A stretch of DNA of 64,000 bases, taken from Chitinophaga pinensis (GTDB lineage: Bacteria; Bacteroidota; Bacteroidia; UKL13-3). The notes below the pieces were generated by a model. It was not told the DNA's origin and ran no database searches. It worked only from the letters and a program-made list of their open reading frames with translations. The position numbers were made by a program, and so were the translations under genes. The stretch is from the NCBI GenBank assembly GCA_943369665.1, contig CALRNX020000003.1, forward strand, positions 6,907 through 70,906, written 5' to 3'. Below, piece after piece: positions 1-9,984 of the stretch. Position 1 is the stretch's first letter. The number at the start of each line of letters is the position of its first letter.

Positions 1-25
1 CATTTAAGCATAATACTGTAAGACG

Positions 26-445
26 ATGTTACAGCCAAAAAGAACCAAATATAGGAAAATGCAAAAGGGCCGTGTGCGCGGAAACGCTACACGTGGTCAC
101 GAGATTGCCTACGGATCATTCGGTTTAAAATCAATCGAAGTAAGCTTCCTTACCGGAAAACAGTTGGAAGCAGCCCGTGTTGCTTTGAACCGTTACATGA
201 AACGTGAAGGACAAGTATGGATCAGAGTTTTTCCTGACAAGCCAATGACTAAAAAGCCAGCGGAAGTACGTATGGGTAAAGGTAAAGGAGCTCCTGAATA
301 CTGGGTAGCTGTTTGTAAACCTGGAACCATCATTTTTGAAGCTGATGGAGTGCCAATGGCAGTAGCAAAAGAGGCTATGAGACTTGCATCTCAAAAACTT
401 CCGGTTGTTACTAAGTTTATCGTTAAAAATGATTATTCAGAATAA
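26..445 (+). CDS. rplP: 50S ribosomal protein L16
   Basis: 139-aa ORF. The N-terminus [16 protein letters not shown] and the rest of the sequence are the L16 signature. First gene of a colinear r-protein cluster. Confidence 0.97.
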   Translation: MLQPKRTKYRKMQKGRVRGNATRGHEIAYGSFGLKSIEVSFLTGKQLEAARVALNRYMKREGQVWIRVFPDKPMTKKPAEVRMGKGKGAPEYWVAVCKPGTIIFEADGVPMAVAKEAMRLASQKLPVVTKFIVKNDYSE

Positions 446-446
446 C

Positions 447-650
447 ATGAAAAACGCAGAAATTAAACAACTAACGGATAAAGAACTTGCTGGTAGAATC
501 AGAGAAGAGAAATCAGCAACCGCTAAATTAAAATTTAGTCATGCAGTTTCTCCTATCGAAAGTCCTGCTAAAATAAAAGATAGCAAGAAATTAGTGGCTC
601 GTTTGCTTACTGAGCAAAAAAGCAGAGTAATTGCAGCGAAGGCTCAATAA
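447..650 (+). CDS. rpmC: 50S ribosomal protein L29
   Basis: Frame of ORF 384..650, trimmed to the ATG at 447, directly after the rplP stop at 443-445. [22 protein letters not shown] is L29-like. Lies between L16 and S17. Confidence 0.9.
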   Translation: MKNAEIKQLTDKELAGRIREEKSATAKLKFSHAVSPIESPAKIKDSKKLVARLLTEQKSRVIAAKAQ

Positions 651-660
651 TATTAGTAAA

Positions 661-930
661 ATGGAAAACACAGTAGAAACCAGAAATTCACGTAAGGTGA
701 TTATTGGCAAAGTGCTTAGCAACAAAATGGAAAAAACCATTGTTGTAAGTGTAGAGCGTAAAGTAATGCACCCTAAGTACGGAAAGTTCATTAAAATGAC
801 TTCCAAATTCAAAGCTCATGACGAGAAAAATGAGTGTGGTATTAACGATATCGTTAAACTAATGGAAACTCGTCCGTTGAGTAAAGATAAAAGATGGAGA
901 TTAGTAGAAGTTATCGAAAAAGCTAAATAA
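661..930 (+). CDS. rpsQ: 30S ribosomal protein S17
   Basis: Frame of ORF 631..930, trimmed to the ATG at 661. The core [27 protein letters not shown] is the S17 OB fold. Conserved order L29-S17-L14. Confidence 0.93.
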   Translation: MENTVETRNSRKVIIGKVLSNKMEKTIVVSVERKVMHPKYGKFIKMTSKFKAHDEKNECGINDIVKLMETRPLSKDKRWRLVEVIEKAK

Positions 931-931
931 G

Positions 932-1300
932 ATGATACAACAAGAAAGTCGTTTAAAAGTAGCCGATAATAGCGGTGCCAAAGAAGTACTTTGTATTAGA
1001 GTATTGGGTGGTACAGCAAGACGTTATGCGTCTGTTGGCGATAAAATAGTAGTGACTGTAAAGTCTGCTATTCCTTCAGGAGGTGTTAAAAAAGGCGCAG
1101 TGTCAAAAGCTGTGGTTGTTCGCACCAAAAAAGAAGTAAGAAGAGCTGATGGATCATACATCCGTTTCGATGATAACTCATGTGTATTATTGAACGCACA
1201 AGATGAACCAAGAGCAACTCGTATTTTTGGCCCTGTAGCTCGTGAGTTAAGGGAAAAACAGTTCATGAAAATCGTATCATTAGCTCCGGAGGTACTATAA
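932..1300 (+). CDS. rplN: 50S ribosomal protein L14
   Basis: [17 protein letters not shown] is the canonical L14 N-terminus. 122 aa. Confidence 0.97.
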   Translation: MIQQESRLKVADNSGAKEVLCIRVLGGTARRYASVGDKIVVTVKSAIPSGGVKKGAVSKAVVVRTKKEVRRADGSYIRFDDNSCVLLNAQDEPRATRIFGPVARELREKQFMKIVSLAPEVL

Positions 1301-1301
1301 T

Positions 1302-1640
1302 ATGGAAAGAAGATTTAACAAACAGGCAAAATTGCATATCAAAAAAGGTGATATGGTACAGGTTATTGCCGGTGACGATAAAGGTAAAAAAGGTAAAGTG
1401 CTTGAAATTATTGCTGCTACCAACCGTGCATTGGTTGAAGGTATCAATATCGTAAGCCGTCATACCAAACCAAATGCTCAGAACCAACAAGGTGGTATCA
1501 TTAAGAAAGAAGCATCTGTAAATATTTCTAACCTTATGTTAGTTGATAAAGCAGGAGTGGCTACACGTATTGGACGTAAAAAGAATGATGCTGGTAAATT
1601 GGTTCGTTTTTCAAAAAAATCAGGTGAAATAATTGACTAA
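1302..1640 (+). CDS. rplX: 50S ribosomal protein L24
   Basis: KOW motif [21 protein letters not shown]. Lies between L14 and L5. Confidence 0.93.
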   Translation: MERRFNKQAKLHIKKGDMVQVIAGDDKGKKGKVLEIIAATNRALVEGINIVSRHTKPNAQNQQGGIIKKEASVNISNLMLVDKAGVATRIGRKKNDAGKLVRFSKKSGEIID

Positions 1641-1644
1641 GCAT

Positions 1645-2196
1645 ATGTATACTCCAAGATTAAAAGAACAATATACAAAGGATGTAATTCCTGCGCTGAA
1701 AAAGAAGTTTGCATATGCTAACGTTATGCAAGTTCCTAAGCTTACCAAAATTTGCCTTAACCAAGGTGTTGGTGCTGCAGTAGCTGATAAAAAATTAGTT
1801 GATCAAGCTGTTGAAGAAATGACGACAATTGCCGGTCAAAGAGCTGTTTCAACAAAATCAAAGAAAGCGATCTCTAACTTTAAGTTAAGAGAAGACCTAC
1901 CGATCGGTGCTCGCGTTACATTGCGTGGCGATAGAATGTATGAATTCTTGGATCGTTTGGTTTCAATCTCGTTGCCACGTGTTCGTGATTTCGCTGGATT
2001 GAACGAAAAAGGATTTGATGGCAGAGGTAACTACACATTAGGTGTTACTGAACAGATCATCTTCCCTGAGATCGTAATTGATAAAGTAAACAAGATAAAT
2101 GGTATGGATATCACTTTTGTGACAACTGCCGAAACCGATGAAGAATGTTTATCATTACTAAAAGAATTTGGTTTACCATTTAAAAATCAAAAATAA
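1645..2196 (+). CDS. rplE: 50S ribosomal protein L5
   Basis: The ORF track starts at TTG 1633. I prefer the ATG at 1645 ([10 protein letters not shown]). L5-like sequence ([16 protein letters not shown]) and position. Confidence 0.93.
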   Translation: MYTPRLKEQYTKDVIPALKKKFAYANVMQVPKLTKICLNQGVGAAVADKKLVDQAVEEMTTIAGQRAVSTKSKKAISNFKLREDLPIGARVTLRGDRMYEFLDRLVSISLPRVRDFAGLNEKGFDGRGNYTLGVTEQIIFPEIVIDKVNKINGMDITFVTTAETDEECLSLLKEFGLPFKNQK

Positions 2197-2465
2197 TGGC
2201 TAAAGAATCAGTAAAAGCTCGTCAGAGAAAAAGAGAAGCAGTAGTTGCCCGCTTTAAAGAAAAACGTGATGCAATGAAAGCTGCAGGAGATTATGAAGGT
2301 TTACAAAAATTGCCTCGTAATGCATCTCCGGTAAGATTGAAAAACCGTTGCCAGTTAACAGGCCGTCCGAAAGGATATATGCGTGACTTTGGTATTTGTC
2401 GTAATCAGTTCCGTGAAATGGCATTGATGGGTAAAATACCAGGTGTTACCAAGGCAAGTTGGTAA
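2196..2465 (+). CDS. rpsN: 30S ribosomal protein S14
   Basis: 89 aa. The C-terminal [24 protein letters not shown]...KASW is the S14 signature. The start overlaps the rplE stop (TAATG). Confidence 0.95.
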   Translation: MAKESVKARQRKREAVVARFKEKRDAMKAAGDYEGLQKLPRNASPVRLKNRCQLTGRPKGYMRDFGICRNQFREMALMGKIPGVTKASW

Positions 2466-2480
2466 TAAAATAAAAAAAAA

Positions 2481-2511
2481 TTGTTAAGGGATGAGAATAT
2501 ACATATATTCG
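2481..2511 (+). promoter_or_regulatory. Putative internal Bacteroidota-type promoter upstream of rpsH (TTG-N20-TATATTCG)
   Basis: TTG at 2481-2483 and TATATTCG at 2504-2511, one mismatch to the TAnnTTTG -7 box. It sits in an unusual 130-bp gap inside the r-protein cluster. The spacing and downstream GCA..CCCCTTAA extension match the element upstream of infA. Confidence 0.45.
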
Positions 2512-2595
2512 CACCCCTTAATTTTTATAACTATAAAACAAACCTCAGTAAGCAAGAGTGCCTTTGGCTAACTACTTACGAGTAACATTAAAAAC

Positions 2596-2994
2596 ATGAC
2601 TGATCCAATTTCAGACTACCTAACAAGGTTACGCAATGCGATCAAGGCTAATCACCGCATTGTAGAAATCCCTGCTTCAAATTTGAAGAAAGAGATTACC
2701 AAAGTACTTTTTGAAAAAGGGTACATTTTGAACTTTAAGTTCGAAGATGTAGCTAATCATCAAGGAACCATCAAAATCGCTTTGAAATACAATCCTATCA
2801 CCAAAGCGTCAGCAATTAAATCATTACAACGTATCAGTACTCCTGGTTTGCGTAAATACTCTGGTGTAGCTACTATGCCACGTGTTATTAACGGACTGGG
2901 TGTGGCCATCGTTACAACATCAAAAGGTGTTATGACAGATAAAGAGGCGCGCAAATTGAATGTTGGTGGTGAAGTATTATGTTACGTTTATTAA
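2596..2994 (+). CDS. rpsH: 30S ribosomal protein S8
   Basis: MTDPISDYLTRLRNA is the S8 N-terminus. 132 aa. Confidence 0.96.
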   Translation: MTDPISDYLTRLRNAIKANHRIVEIPASNLKKEITKVLFEKGYILNFKFEDVANHQGTIKIALKYNPITKASAIKSLQRISTPGLRKYSGVATMPRVINGLGVAIVTTSKGVMTDKEARKLNVGGEVLCYVY

Positions 2995-3015
2995 TCAATT
3001 AGGAGGTAAAACAAT

Positions 3016-3570
3016 ATGTCACGTATAGGAAAAGCGCCAATTAAATTACCTGCCGGAGTTGAATTAAAAGTTTCAAACGGTAATGTAGTTACAGTAAAAG
3101 GACCAAAAGGAGAATTACACCAGAATGTAGATGCTGATATTAAAGTAGAAGTTGAAAACAACGAAATTTTAGTAAAGCGTCCTACGGATCAGAAACGTCA
3201 CCGCGCAATGCATGGTTTGTACCGCGCATTAATCAATAACATGGTTACCGGTGTAACGGAAGGATATAAAGTACAACAAGAACTTGTGGGTGTGGGTTAT
3301 AAAGCAGCTAATGATGGAAACATCTTAGATTTAACTTTAGGATTTTCACATCATATTTATTTTGAAATCCCTAAGGAGATCAAAGTAAAAACAGAACAAG
3401 AAAAAGGTAAGAATCCGATTATCACATTGGAAAGTGCTGATAAACAATTAATCGGTCAGGTTGCCGCAAAAATCAGAGCTCTTCGTAAACCAGAGCCATA
3501 CAAAGGAAAAGGTATTAAGTTTGTGGGCGAGCAACTTAGAAGAAAAGCCGGTAAAACAGCGTCTAAATAA
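3016..3570 (+). CDS. rplF: 50S ribosomal protein L6
   Basis: MSRIGKAPIKLPAGV is the L6 N-terminus. 184 aa. Confidence 0.96.
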   Translation: MSRIGKAPIKLPAGVELKVSNGNVVTVKGPKGELHQNVDADIKVEVENNEILVKRPTDQKRHRAMHGLYRALINNMVTGVTEGYKVQQELVGVGYKAANDGNILDLTLGFSHHIYFEIPKEIKVKTEQEKGKNPIITLESADKQLIGQVAAKIRALRKPEPYKGKGIKFVGEQLRRKAGKTASK

Positions 3571-3582
3571 TAGTAGAAAATT

Positions 3583-3927
3583 ATGTTGGCTAAACTACAA
3601 AGAAGAACAAAAATCAAAAAAGGCATTAGAAGCCGTGTTTTTGGTACACCTGAAAGACCACGTTTGTCGGTATTCAGAAGTAATAAACAGATTTACGCTC
3701 AAGTTATTGATGACGTTCATGGCAAAACCCTTGTTGCTGCATCATCAAAAAACATAACTGAAAAAATGACCAATGTTGAAGCTTCAGCATTAGTTGGAAA
3801 AGCATTAGCAGAAAAAGCCTTACAAGCAGGTATCAGCGCAGTAGTATTCGACAGAAATGGTTATTTATACCATGGTCGTGTAAAAAGTTTAGCTGAAGGT
3901 GCAAGAGAGGGAGGTTTAAAATTTTAA
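3583..3927 (+). CDS. rplR: 50S ribosomal protein L18
   Basis: [20 protein letters not shown] and the C-terminal [22 protein letters not shown] are L18 signatures. Confidence 0.95.
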   Translation: MLAKLQRRTKIKKGIRSRVFGTPERPRLSVFRSNKQIYAQVIDDVHGKTLVAASSKNITEKMTNVEASALVGKALAEKALQAGISAVVFDRNGYLYHGRVKSLAEGAREGGLKF

Positions 3928-3971
3928 TCAATTACAAGGAACAGTAATGTTTCTTTAATTAACAGAAAGAT

Positions 3972-4493
3972 ATGTCAACAGCTAACGTAAAAAGAGTAAA
4001 AACAACCGATATCGAACTCAAAGAAAGAGTTGTAGCGATTAATCGTGTTGCCAAAGTAACAAAAGGTGGTAGAACGTTTAGTTTTTCAGCTTTAGTTGTG
4101 GTTGGTGATTCGAACGGTGTGATAGGATATGGCTTGGGTAAAGCAAACGAGGTTACCGATGCAATTAATAAAGGTATTGATGATGCAAAGAAAAACCTGG
4201 TAAAAGTTCCTGTATTGAAAGGTACCGTTCCGCACGAGCAATTGGGTAAATATGGCGGAGGCCGTGTTTTCTTAAAACCAGCCGCTCATGGAACAGGAGT
4301 TATTGCAGGTGGTGCGATGCGTGCGGTATTGGAAAGTGCCGGTGTAACGGATGTATTAGCAAAATCAAAAGGTTCATCTAACCCGCACAATGTGGTTAAG
4401 GCAACTATTGATGCATTGTTAAACATGCGTGATGCATTTACCATTGCACAACAAAGAGGTATTAGTTTAAAGAAAGTTTTTAACGGAGAGTAA
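3972..4493 (+). CDS. rpsE: 30S ribosomal protein S5
   Basis: [22 protein letters not shown] is the S5 dsRBD core. 173 aa. Confidence 0.96.
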   Translation: MSTANVKRVKTTDIELKERVVAINRVAKVTKGGRTFSFSALVVVGDSNGVIGYGLGKANEVTDAINKGIDDAKKNLVKVPVLKGTVPHEQLGKYGGGRVFLKPAAHGTGVIAGGAMRAVLESAGVTDVLAKSKGSSNPHNVVKATIDALLNMRDAFTIAQQRGISLKKVFNGE

Positions 4494-4498
4494 TAGAG

Positions 4499-4678
4499 AT
4501 GGCAAAAGTTAAAATTACACAGGTTAAATCAATTATTGACAGACCTGAACCACAAAAAAGAACCATCAGAGCTTTAGGGTTTACTAAAACAAACCAAACT
4601 CTTGAAAAAGAAGGTACTCCTCAAGTGATGGGTATGATCAAACAAGTAGCACATTTGCTCAAAATTGAAAACGTTTAA
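4499..4678 (+). CDS. rpmD: 50S ribosomal protein L30
   Basis: Absent from the ORF track (59 aa). Hand translation gives MAKVKITQVKSIIDRPEPQKRTIRALGFTKTNQTLEKEGTPQVMGMIKQVAHLLKIENV. L30-like and in the expected slot between S5 and L15. Confidence 0.87.
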   Translation: MAKVKITQVKSIIDRPEPQKRTIRALGFTKTNQTLEKEGTPQVMGMIKQVAHLLKIENV

Positions 4679-4696
4679 TAATTTAGATTAAGCACA

Positions 4697-5170
4697 ATGA
4701 AATTACATACATTAAAACCAGCTGCTGGTTCAATAAAAAGAGAAGGTAAGCGTGTAGGACGTGGTGAAGGTTCGGGTAAAGGTGGAACTGCTGCACGTGG
4801 ACACAAAGGAGCAGGTTCTCGCTCGGGTACCAGTACCAAGAGAGGTTTTGAAGGAGGTCAGATGCCTTTATACAGACGTGTTCCTAAGTTTGGGTTTAAA
4901 AACCTTAACCGTGTTGAATTCGCAGGTATTAACCTTGATAAAATCCAATCTTTGGTTGAAGCAAAGGGCTTAACATCTATTGATCTTGATACATTTATTG
5001 CAAATGGATTGACTTCAAAGAAAGATTTAGTAAAAGTATTAGGCCGTGGCGAGATTAAAGCTGCCGTTGAAGTAAAAGCTCATGCTTTCTCTGAAACTGC
5101 AAAAGCTGCAATTGAAGCTGCAGGTGGATCAGTAGTTCTAGTTCCAACTTATAAAGTAGCAAACAGCTAG
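4697..5170 (+). CDS. rplO: 50S ribosomal protein L15
   Basis: Gly/Arg-rich N-terminal region GRGEGSGKGGTAARGHKG typical of L15. Lies just before secY. Confidence 0.95.
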   Translation: MKLHTLKPAAGSIKREGKRVGRGEGSGKGGTAARGHKGAGSRSGTSTKRGFEGGQMPLYRRVPKFGFKNLNRVEFAGINLDKIQSLVEAKGLTSIDLDTFIANGLTSKKDLVKVLGRGEIKAAVEVKAHAFSETAKAAIEAAGGSVVLVPTYKVANS

Positions 5171-5173
5171 TAC

Positions 5174-6529
5174 ATGAAAAAACTCATCGAGACCATAAAA
5201 AATATCTATCGTATTGAGGAGTTGAGGTATAAACTTGCAATTACCTTTTGGTTATTGCTTATTTATCGCTTTGGAACATATGTAAGTTTACCTGGTGTAG
5301 ATCCAAATATGTTACAAGGATCTGCTGCACAAGCAACAGACGGAATTTTTGGATTAATCAATATGTTTGCAGGTGGAGCTTTTGCCCGCGGATCAATTTT
5401 CGCTTTGGGTATTATGCCTTATATCTCTGCATCCATTGTGGTTCAGTTGTTAACAATGGCTGTTCCTACTTTCCAAAAAATGCAAAAAGAAGGAGAAGAT
5501 GGACGTAGAAAGATCAATCAAATTACCCGTTACTTAACAATTGCTATTACTGCAGTTCAGTCGGTTGGGTTCCTGATCAATCTAAAATCGGAAAATCCGA
5601 ACGCGATCTTATCAATCACGCATCCTGAAATAATTTCTGACTTCATGTTCATGTTCATGTCTGTTATTGTATTAACAGCGAGTACCATGTTCGTATTATG
5701 GTTAGGTGAGCGTATTACAGATAAAGGGATTGGAAATGGAATTTCTTTAATCATCATGATTGGAATCATTGCCCGTTTACCATTTGCCTTGAAAGATGAG
5801 TTTAACTTCAAACTTTCTGAATCAGGAGGAGGATTGGTTATCTTTTTAATTGAGTTGGCTGCATTGTTTGCCGTTATTATGTCGGTGATCATGTTGGTTC
5901 AAGGAGTTAGAAAAATCCCTGTTCAATATGCCAAGAAAATTGTAGGAAACAGGCAAATCGGTGGTGTGCGTCAGTATATTCCGCTAAAAGTAAATGCAGC
6001 AGGAGTTATGCCGATCATTTTTGCACAAGCATTAATGTTTATTCCTTCAACGGTTGCTCAGTTTTTCCCTAACGAGACCATGCAAGGAGTATTGGCAACC
6101 TTTACCAATCCGTTATCATTGGGTTACAATATAACGTTTGCGCTGCTTATCATTTTGTTCACGTATTTCTATACTGCTATTTCGGTTAATCCAACCCAAA
6201 TTTCAGATGATATGAAACGTAACGGAGGTTTTATCCCTGGTGTTAAACCTGGACAAGCAACTGCAAGTTTCATTGATGACGTTATGTCGAGAATAACATT
6301 ACCTGGAGCTGTATTCCTGGCTGCCATCGCTATTATGCCTGGTTTGGCCGGAGTATTGAATATCAATAGCCAATTTGCTCAGTTTTATGGAGGAACCTCT
6401 CTATTAATCCTGGTAGGAGTTGTATTGGATACACTTCAGCAAATTGAAAGTCATTTACTCATGCGTCACTATGATGGGTTAATGCAATCGGGTAGAATAA
6501 AAGGAAGATCAACTGTAGGTGCAGCATAA
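5174..6529 (+). CDS. secY: Preprotein translocase subunit SecY
   Basis: 451-aa polytopic membrane protein in the canonical post-L15 position. SecY-like segments such as GIMPYISASIVVQLL. Confidence 0.96.
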   Translation: MKKLIETIKNIYRIEELRYKLAITFWLLLIYRFGTYVSLPGVDPNMLQGSAAQATDGIFGLINMFAGGAFARGSIFALGIMPYISASIVVQLLTMAVPTFQKMQKEGEDGRRKINQITRYLTIAITAVQSVGFLINLKSENPNAILSITHPEIISDFMFMFMSVIVLTASTMFVLWLGERITDKGIGNGISLIIMIGIIARLPFALKDEFNFKLSESGGGLVIFLIELAALFAVIMSVIMLVQGVRKIPVQYAKKIVGNRQIGGVRQYIPLKVNAAGVMPIIFAQALMFIPSTVAQFFPNETMQGVLATFTNPLSLGYNITFALLIILFTYFYTAISVNPTQISDDMKRNGGFIPGVKPGQATASFIDDVMSRITLPGAVFLAAIAIMPGLAGVLNINSQFAQFYGGTSLLILVGVVLDTLQQIESHLLMRHYDGLMQSGRIKGRSTVGAA

Positions 6530-6533
6530 AAAA

Positions 6534-6564
6534 TTGGCAATTATAAAAATATCTGCTACATTTG
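6534..6564 (+). promoter_or_regulatory. Putative internal promoter upstream of infA (TTG-N20-TACATTTG)
   Basis: TTG at 6534-6536 and TACATTTG at 6557-6564, a perfect TAnnTTTG -7 box, with a 20-nt spacer. About 20 nt upstream of the infA ATG. Confidence 0.5.
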
Positions 6565-6584
6565 CAGCCCCTTAAAAATAAAAT

Positions 6585-6803
6585 ATGTCGAAACAGGCTC
6601 TGATAAAACAAGATGGCGTAATAACTGAAGCATTATCAAATGCAATGTTTAGAGTACAACTTGAAAACGGTCATGAAATTATAGCTCATATCTCAGGTAA
6701 AATGAGAATGCACTATATTAAAATCTTACCGGGAGATAAAATTTCAGTTGAAATGTCGCCATACGATTTGTCAAAAGGTAGAATAATTTATAGATACAAA
6801 TAA
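6585..6803 (+). CDS. infA: Translation initiation factor IF-1
   Basis: 72-aa S1-like OB protein. [31 protein letters not shown] is the IF-1 signature. Confidence 0.96.
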   Translation: MSKQALIKQDGVITEALSNAMFRVQLENGHEIIAHISGKMRMHYIKILPGDKISVEMSPYDLSKGRIIYRYK

Positions 6804-6805
6804 CA

Positions 6806-6922
6806 ATGAAAGTTAGAGCATCAGTAAAAAAACGCAGTGAAGACTGCAAAATTGTGAAACGTAACGGAAGAGTTTACGTTATCAACAAAAAGAATCCAAA
6901 ATTTAAACAACGTCAAGGATAA
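6806..6922 (+). CDS. rpmJ: 50S ribosomal protein L36
   Basis: Absent from the ORF track (38 aa). Hand translation gives [38 protein letters not shown], which is L36. Confidence 0.9.
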   Translation: MKVRASVKKRSEDCKIVKRNGRVYVINKKNPKFKQRQG

Positions 6923-6931
6923 TATATAACT

Positions 6932-7309
6932 ATGGCTCGTATATCAGGTATTGATTTACCAAAAAATAAGCGTGGTGAGATTGGACTTACCTATATCTTC
7001 GGAATAGGCCGTTCAACTGCTGTAAAAATCTTAACAGATAACGGTATCAGTTTGGACAAAAAAGTTCAAGACTGGGATGATGATGATTTGAATAAAATCA
7101 GAAAGCATATTACCGAGTTGATCACCGTAGAGGGTGAATTACGTTCGGAGAAACAATTAAACATCAAACGTTTGATGGATATTGGTTGTTATCGTGGATT
7201 ACGTCACCGTAAGGGACTACCTGTTCGTGGTCAACGTACCAAAACCAACTCACGTACTCGTAAGGGTAAACGTAAGACAGTAGCGGGTAAGAAAAAAGTT
7301 ACTAAGTAA
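6932..7309 (+). CDS. rpsM: 30S ribosomal protein S13
   Basis: [14 protein letters not shown] is the S13 N-terminus. Basic C-terminal tail. Confidence 0.96.
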   Translation: MARISGIDLPKNKRGEIGLTYIFGIGRSTAVKILTDNGISLDKKVQDWDDDDLNKIRKHITELITVEGELRSEKQLNIKRLMDIGCYRGLRHRKGLPVRGQRTKTNSRTRKGKRKTVAGKKKVTK

Positions 7310-7332
7310 TAAGTTGTAAATAAGAATTAGCA

Positions 7333-7728
7333 ATGGCTACAAATACAAGTAAAAAAACTAGCAAGAAAAAAACGGTTGTGATTGACGCATTGGGTCAAGT
7401 ACATATCCAGGCTAGTTTCAACAATATTATTATTTCGATCACCAACTCACAAGGTCAGGTAGTATCGTGGGCTTCTGCCGGTAAAATGGGTTTCAGAGGT
7501 TCTAAAAAGAATACTCCATATGCTGCACAAATGGCAGCAGCTGATTGCGCTAAGGTTGCAGTTGATTTGGGAATGAAAAAGATTGAAGTGTTCGTAAAAG
7601 GGCCAGGTTCAGGACGTGATTCAGCAATCCGTACTTTGGCTGGTGCAGGTTTGGAAGTAACCACCATTAAGGATATTACTCCGCTTCCACACAACGGATG
7701 CCGTCCACCAAAGAAAAGAAGAGTTTAA
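7333..7728 (+). CDS. rpsK: 30S ribosomal protein S11
   Basis: [18 protein letters not shown] ... [14 protein letters not shown] is the S11 signature. Confidence 0.96.
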   Translation: MATNTSKKTSKKKTVVIDALGQVHIQASFNNIIISITNSQGQVVSWASAGKMGFRGSKKNTPYAAQMAAADCAKVAVDLGMKKIEVFVKGPGSGRDSAIRTLAGAGLEVTTIKDITPLPHNGCRPPKKRRV

Positions 7729-7755
7729 TTATTAACGAATTAGAAGAAACAAGCA

Positions 7756-8364
7756 ATGGCTAGATTTATAGGAGCAAAAACTAAGATCGCTCGTAAGTTT
7801 AAGGAAGCGATTTACGGTCCTGATAAAAACTTTGATAAAAGAAATTATCCTCCGGGACAACACGGGCAATCGCGCAAGCGTAGCAAGCCTACTGAATACG
7901 CAATTCAGTTATTCGAAAAGCAAAAGGCTAAATATACTTATGGTTTGTTAGAGCGTCAGTTCTACAAAACATTTGAAGAGGCTGCTCGTAAAAAAGGTGT
8001 TACCGGTGAAAACTTAATGAAGTTTTTGGAAGCACGTTTGGATAACACCGTTTACCGTATGGGTTTTGCCAAAACACGTAGTCAAGCTCGCCAATTGGTA
8101 GGTCATTGCCATATTACCGTTGATGGTAAAGTGGTAAACATCTCTTCTTACTCGTTAAAAGTAGGTCAGGTAGTTGGTATCCGTGAAAAATCTCAATCAC
8201 TGGAAGTTATTACAGATGCTATCAATGGTAGCAACCCTGCGAAATATAACTGGTTAAGCGTTGATACGAAAGCAATGAGCGGAACGTTTTTAGCTTACCC
8301 TGAAAGAGACAGCATTCCAGAAAATATCAAAGAACAATTAATCGTTGAGTTGTACTCAAAATAA
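7756..8364 (+). CDS. rpsD: 30S ribosomal protein S4
   Basis: [16 protein letters not shown]-terminus and an S4 RNA-binding domain ([24 protein letters not shown]). Confidence 0.96.
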   Translation: MARFIGAKTKIARKFKEAIYGPDKNFDKRNYPPGQHGQSRKRSKPTEYAIQLFEKQKAKYTYGLLERQFYKTFEEAARKKGVTGENLMKFLEARLDNTVYRMGFAKTRSQARQLVGHCHITVDGKVVNISSYSLKVGQVVGIREKSQSLEVITDAINGSNPAKYNWLSVDTKAMSGTFLAYPERDSIPENIKEQLIVELYSK

Positions 8365-8383
8365 ACATTAATCATATACATAA

Positions 8384-9376
8384 ATGGCTATTCTCGCATT
8401 TCAAAAACCTGATAAAGTTATTATGCACAAAGAAACTGACTTCTTCGGTCAGTTTGAGTTCCGCCCTTTAGAAAAAGGTTATGGTGTTACCATTGGTAAT
8501 GCTTTGCGCAGAATTCTTTTATCATCACTTGAAGGCTACGCTATCACATCTGTAAAAATTACAGGAGTTGATCACGAGTTTTCTACGATAAAAGGTGTTA
8601 TAGAAGATGTTACCGAAATCGTGTTAAACTTGAAACAAGTACGCTTCAAACGTGTAGTTGACGGTGTTGACAACGAAAAAGTATTTATCAGTGTAAAAGG
8701 CCAAGAGCAATTTACCGCTGGTGAAATTGGTAAACATACCAATGCGTTTAAAATATTAAACCCGGAATTGATCATCTGCAATATGGACCCTAAAGTTCAG
8801 ATCGAGATGGAAATTACGGTAGAAAAAGGTAGAGGTTATGTACCTGCAGAAGAAAATAAGCCTAAAGACGCTGTTATCGGATTAATTCCGGTAGATGCCA
8901 TCTTTACGCCAATTAAAAATGTAAAGTACAGTGTTGAGGATTACCGTGTTGAGCAAAAAACCGACTACGAAAAATTAACAATCGAGATCTCTTGTGATGG
9001 ATCGATCCATCCGGAAGATGCTTTGAAAGAAGCTGCTAAGATCTTGATCCAACACTTTATGTTGTTCTCTGATGAGTTGATCACATTAGATACTCAGGTA
9101 AAAGAGGCTCCACAAGAAGTTGACGAAAATGTATTGCATATACGCAAAATATTAAAAACGCCACTTTCTGATTTAGATCTTTCGGTACGTGCTTACAATT
9201 GCTTGAAAGCTGCCGATATCAAAACATTAGGTGAGTTGGTTGCATTTGATATTGCCGACTTGTTGAAATTCCGCAACTTCGGTAAAAAATCACTTTCTGA
9301 ATTAGAAGAGCTTGCCAGAGATAAAGGCTTAACTTTTGGAATGGATGTAGCTAAATATTTAGGCAACGAAGAATAA
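8384..9376 (+). CDS. rpoA: DNA-directed RNA polymerase subunit alpha
   Basis: 330 aa. The N-terminal domain has [15 protein letters not shown]. The C-terminal HhH domain has [23 protein letters not shown]. Confidence 0.97.
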   Translation: MAILAFQKPDKVIMHKETDFFGQFEFRPLEKGYGVTIGNALRRILLSSLEGYAITSVKITGVDHEFSTIKGVIEDVTEIVLNLKQVRFKRVVDGVDNEKVFISVKGQEQFTAGEIGKHTNAFKILNPELIICNMDPKVQIEMEITVEKGRGYVPAEENKPKDAVIGLIPVDAIFTPIKNVKYSVEDYRVEQKTDYEKLTIEISCDGSIHPEDALKEAAKILIQHFMLFSDELITLDTQVKEAPQEVDENVLHIRKILKTPLSDLDLSVRAYNCLKAADIKTLGELVAFDIADLLKFRNFGKKSLSELEELARDKGLTFGMDVAKYLGNEE

Positions 9377-9412
9377 TAAACAGACTGTAAAAACAGACAA
9401 AATTTTTGAACG

Positions 9413-9904
9413 ATGAGACACGGAAAAACAGTTAATCACTTAGGAAGAACAGCTTCGCACAGATCAGCGATGCTAGCTAATATGGCATCTTCGCTAATTG
9501 TTCATAAACGTATTACAACTACTTTGGCTAAAGCTAAAGCATTGCGTAAATATGTAGAGCCAATTATCACTAAAGGTAAAGAAGATTCTACAAACTCACG
9601 CAGGGTAGTATTCAGTTACCTTGGAAACAAAGATTCTGTAAAAGAATTATTTGGAACAGTTGCACCAAAAGTTGGTGACAGACCAGGAGGATACACGCGT
9701 ATTTTAAAATTGACAAATCGTAAAGGTGATAACGCAGAAATGGCTATCATGGAGTTAGTTGATTTTAACGAAGTAGTGATGAATGATAAAGCAGTTAAAA
9801 CAGAGGCTAAGAAAACAACTCGTAGAAGTCGTTCAAAAGCTCCTAAAGCTGCAGAAGCAACACCTGCTGCAGAAGAAACAACAACTACAGAAACAGCTGA
9901 GTAA
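9413..9904 (+). CDS. rplQ: 50S ribosomal protein L17 (with Ala/Thr/Glu-rich C-terminal extension)
   Basis: [25 protein letters not shown] is the L17 N-terminus. Follows rpoA. Confidence 0.95.
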   Translation: MRHGKTVNHLGRTASHRSAMLANMASSLIVHKRITTTLAKAKALRKYVEPIITKGKEDSTNSRRVVFSYLGNKDSVKELFGTVAPKVGDRPGGYTRILKLTNRKGDNAEMAIMELVDFNEVVMNDKAVKTEAKKTTRRSRSKAPKAAEATPAAEETTTTETAE

Positions 9905-9930
9905 TCAGTTTGCTCTTTACTATAAAAGAA

Positions 9931-9961
9931 AAAGACGACTCATTGGGTCGTCTTTTTTTTT
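9931..9961. terminator. Bidirectional intrinsic terminator shared by rplQ and convergent acs
   Basis: AAAGACGAC-TCATTGG-GTCGTCTTT hairpin followed by a 9-T run on the + strand, with an A-run (T-run on the - strand) on the other side. Confidence 0.8.
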
Positions 9962-9984
9962 GTATTTGATCCCAGAATGGGATG

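Noticed and set aside
1-25. 3' end of an upstream gene (expected rpsC) before rplP
   Set aside because: Only 25 nt are available, and stop codons occur in more than one frame. This cannot be supported.
2485-2520. TTAAGGG...CCCCTTAA hairpin plus T-rich tract as an attenuator or terminator between rpsN and rpsH
   Set aside because: The arms are short and the loop is long. The same CCCCTTAA word follows the promoter-like box upstream of infA without a partner arm. I therefore interpret the region as a promoter-like element.
3461-3757. 98-aa ORF overlapping the rplF/rplR junction in another frame
   Set aside because: It overlaps two certain ribosomal-protein genes on the same strand. There is no independent support.
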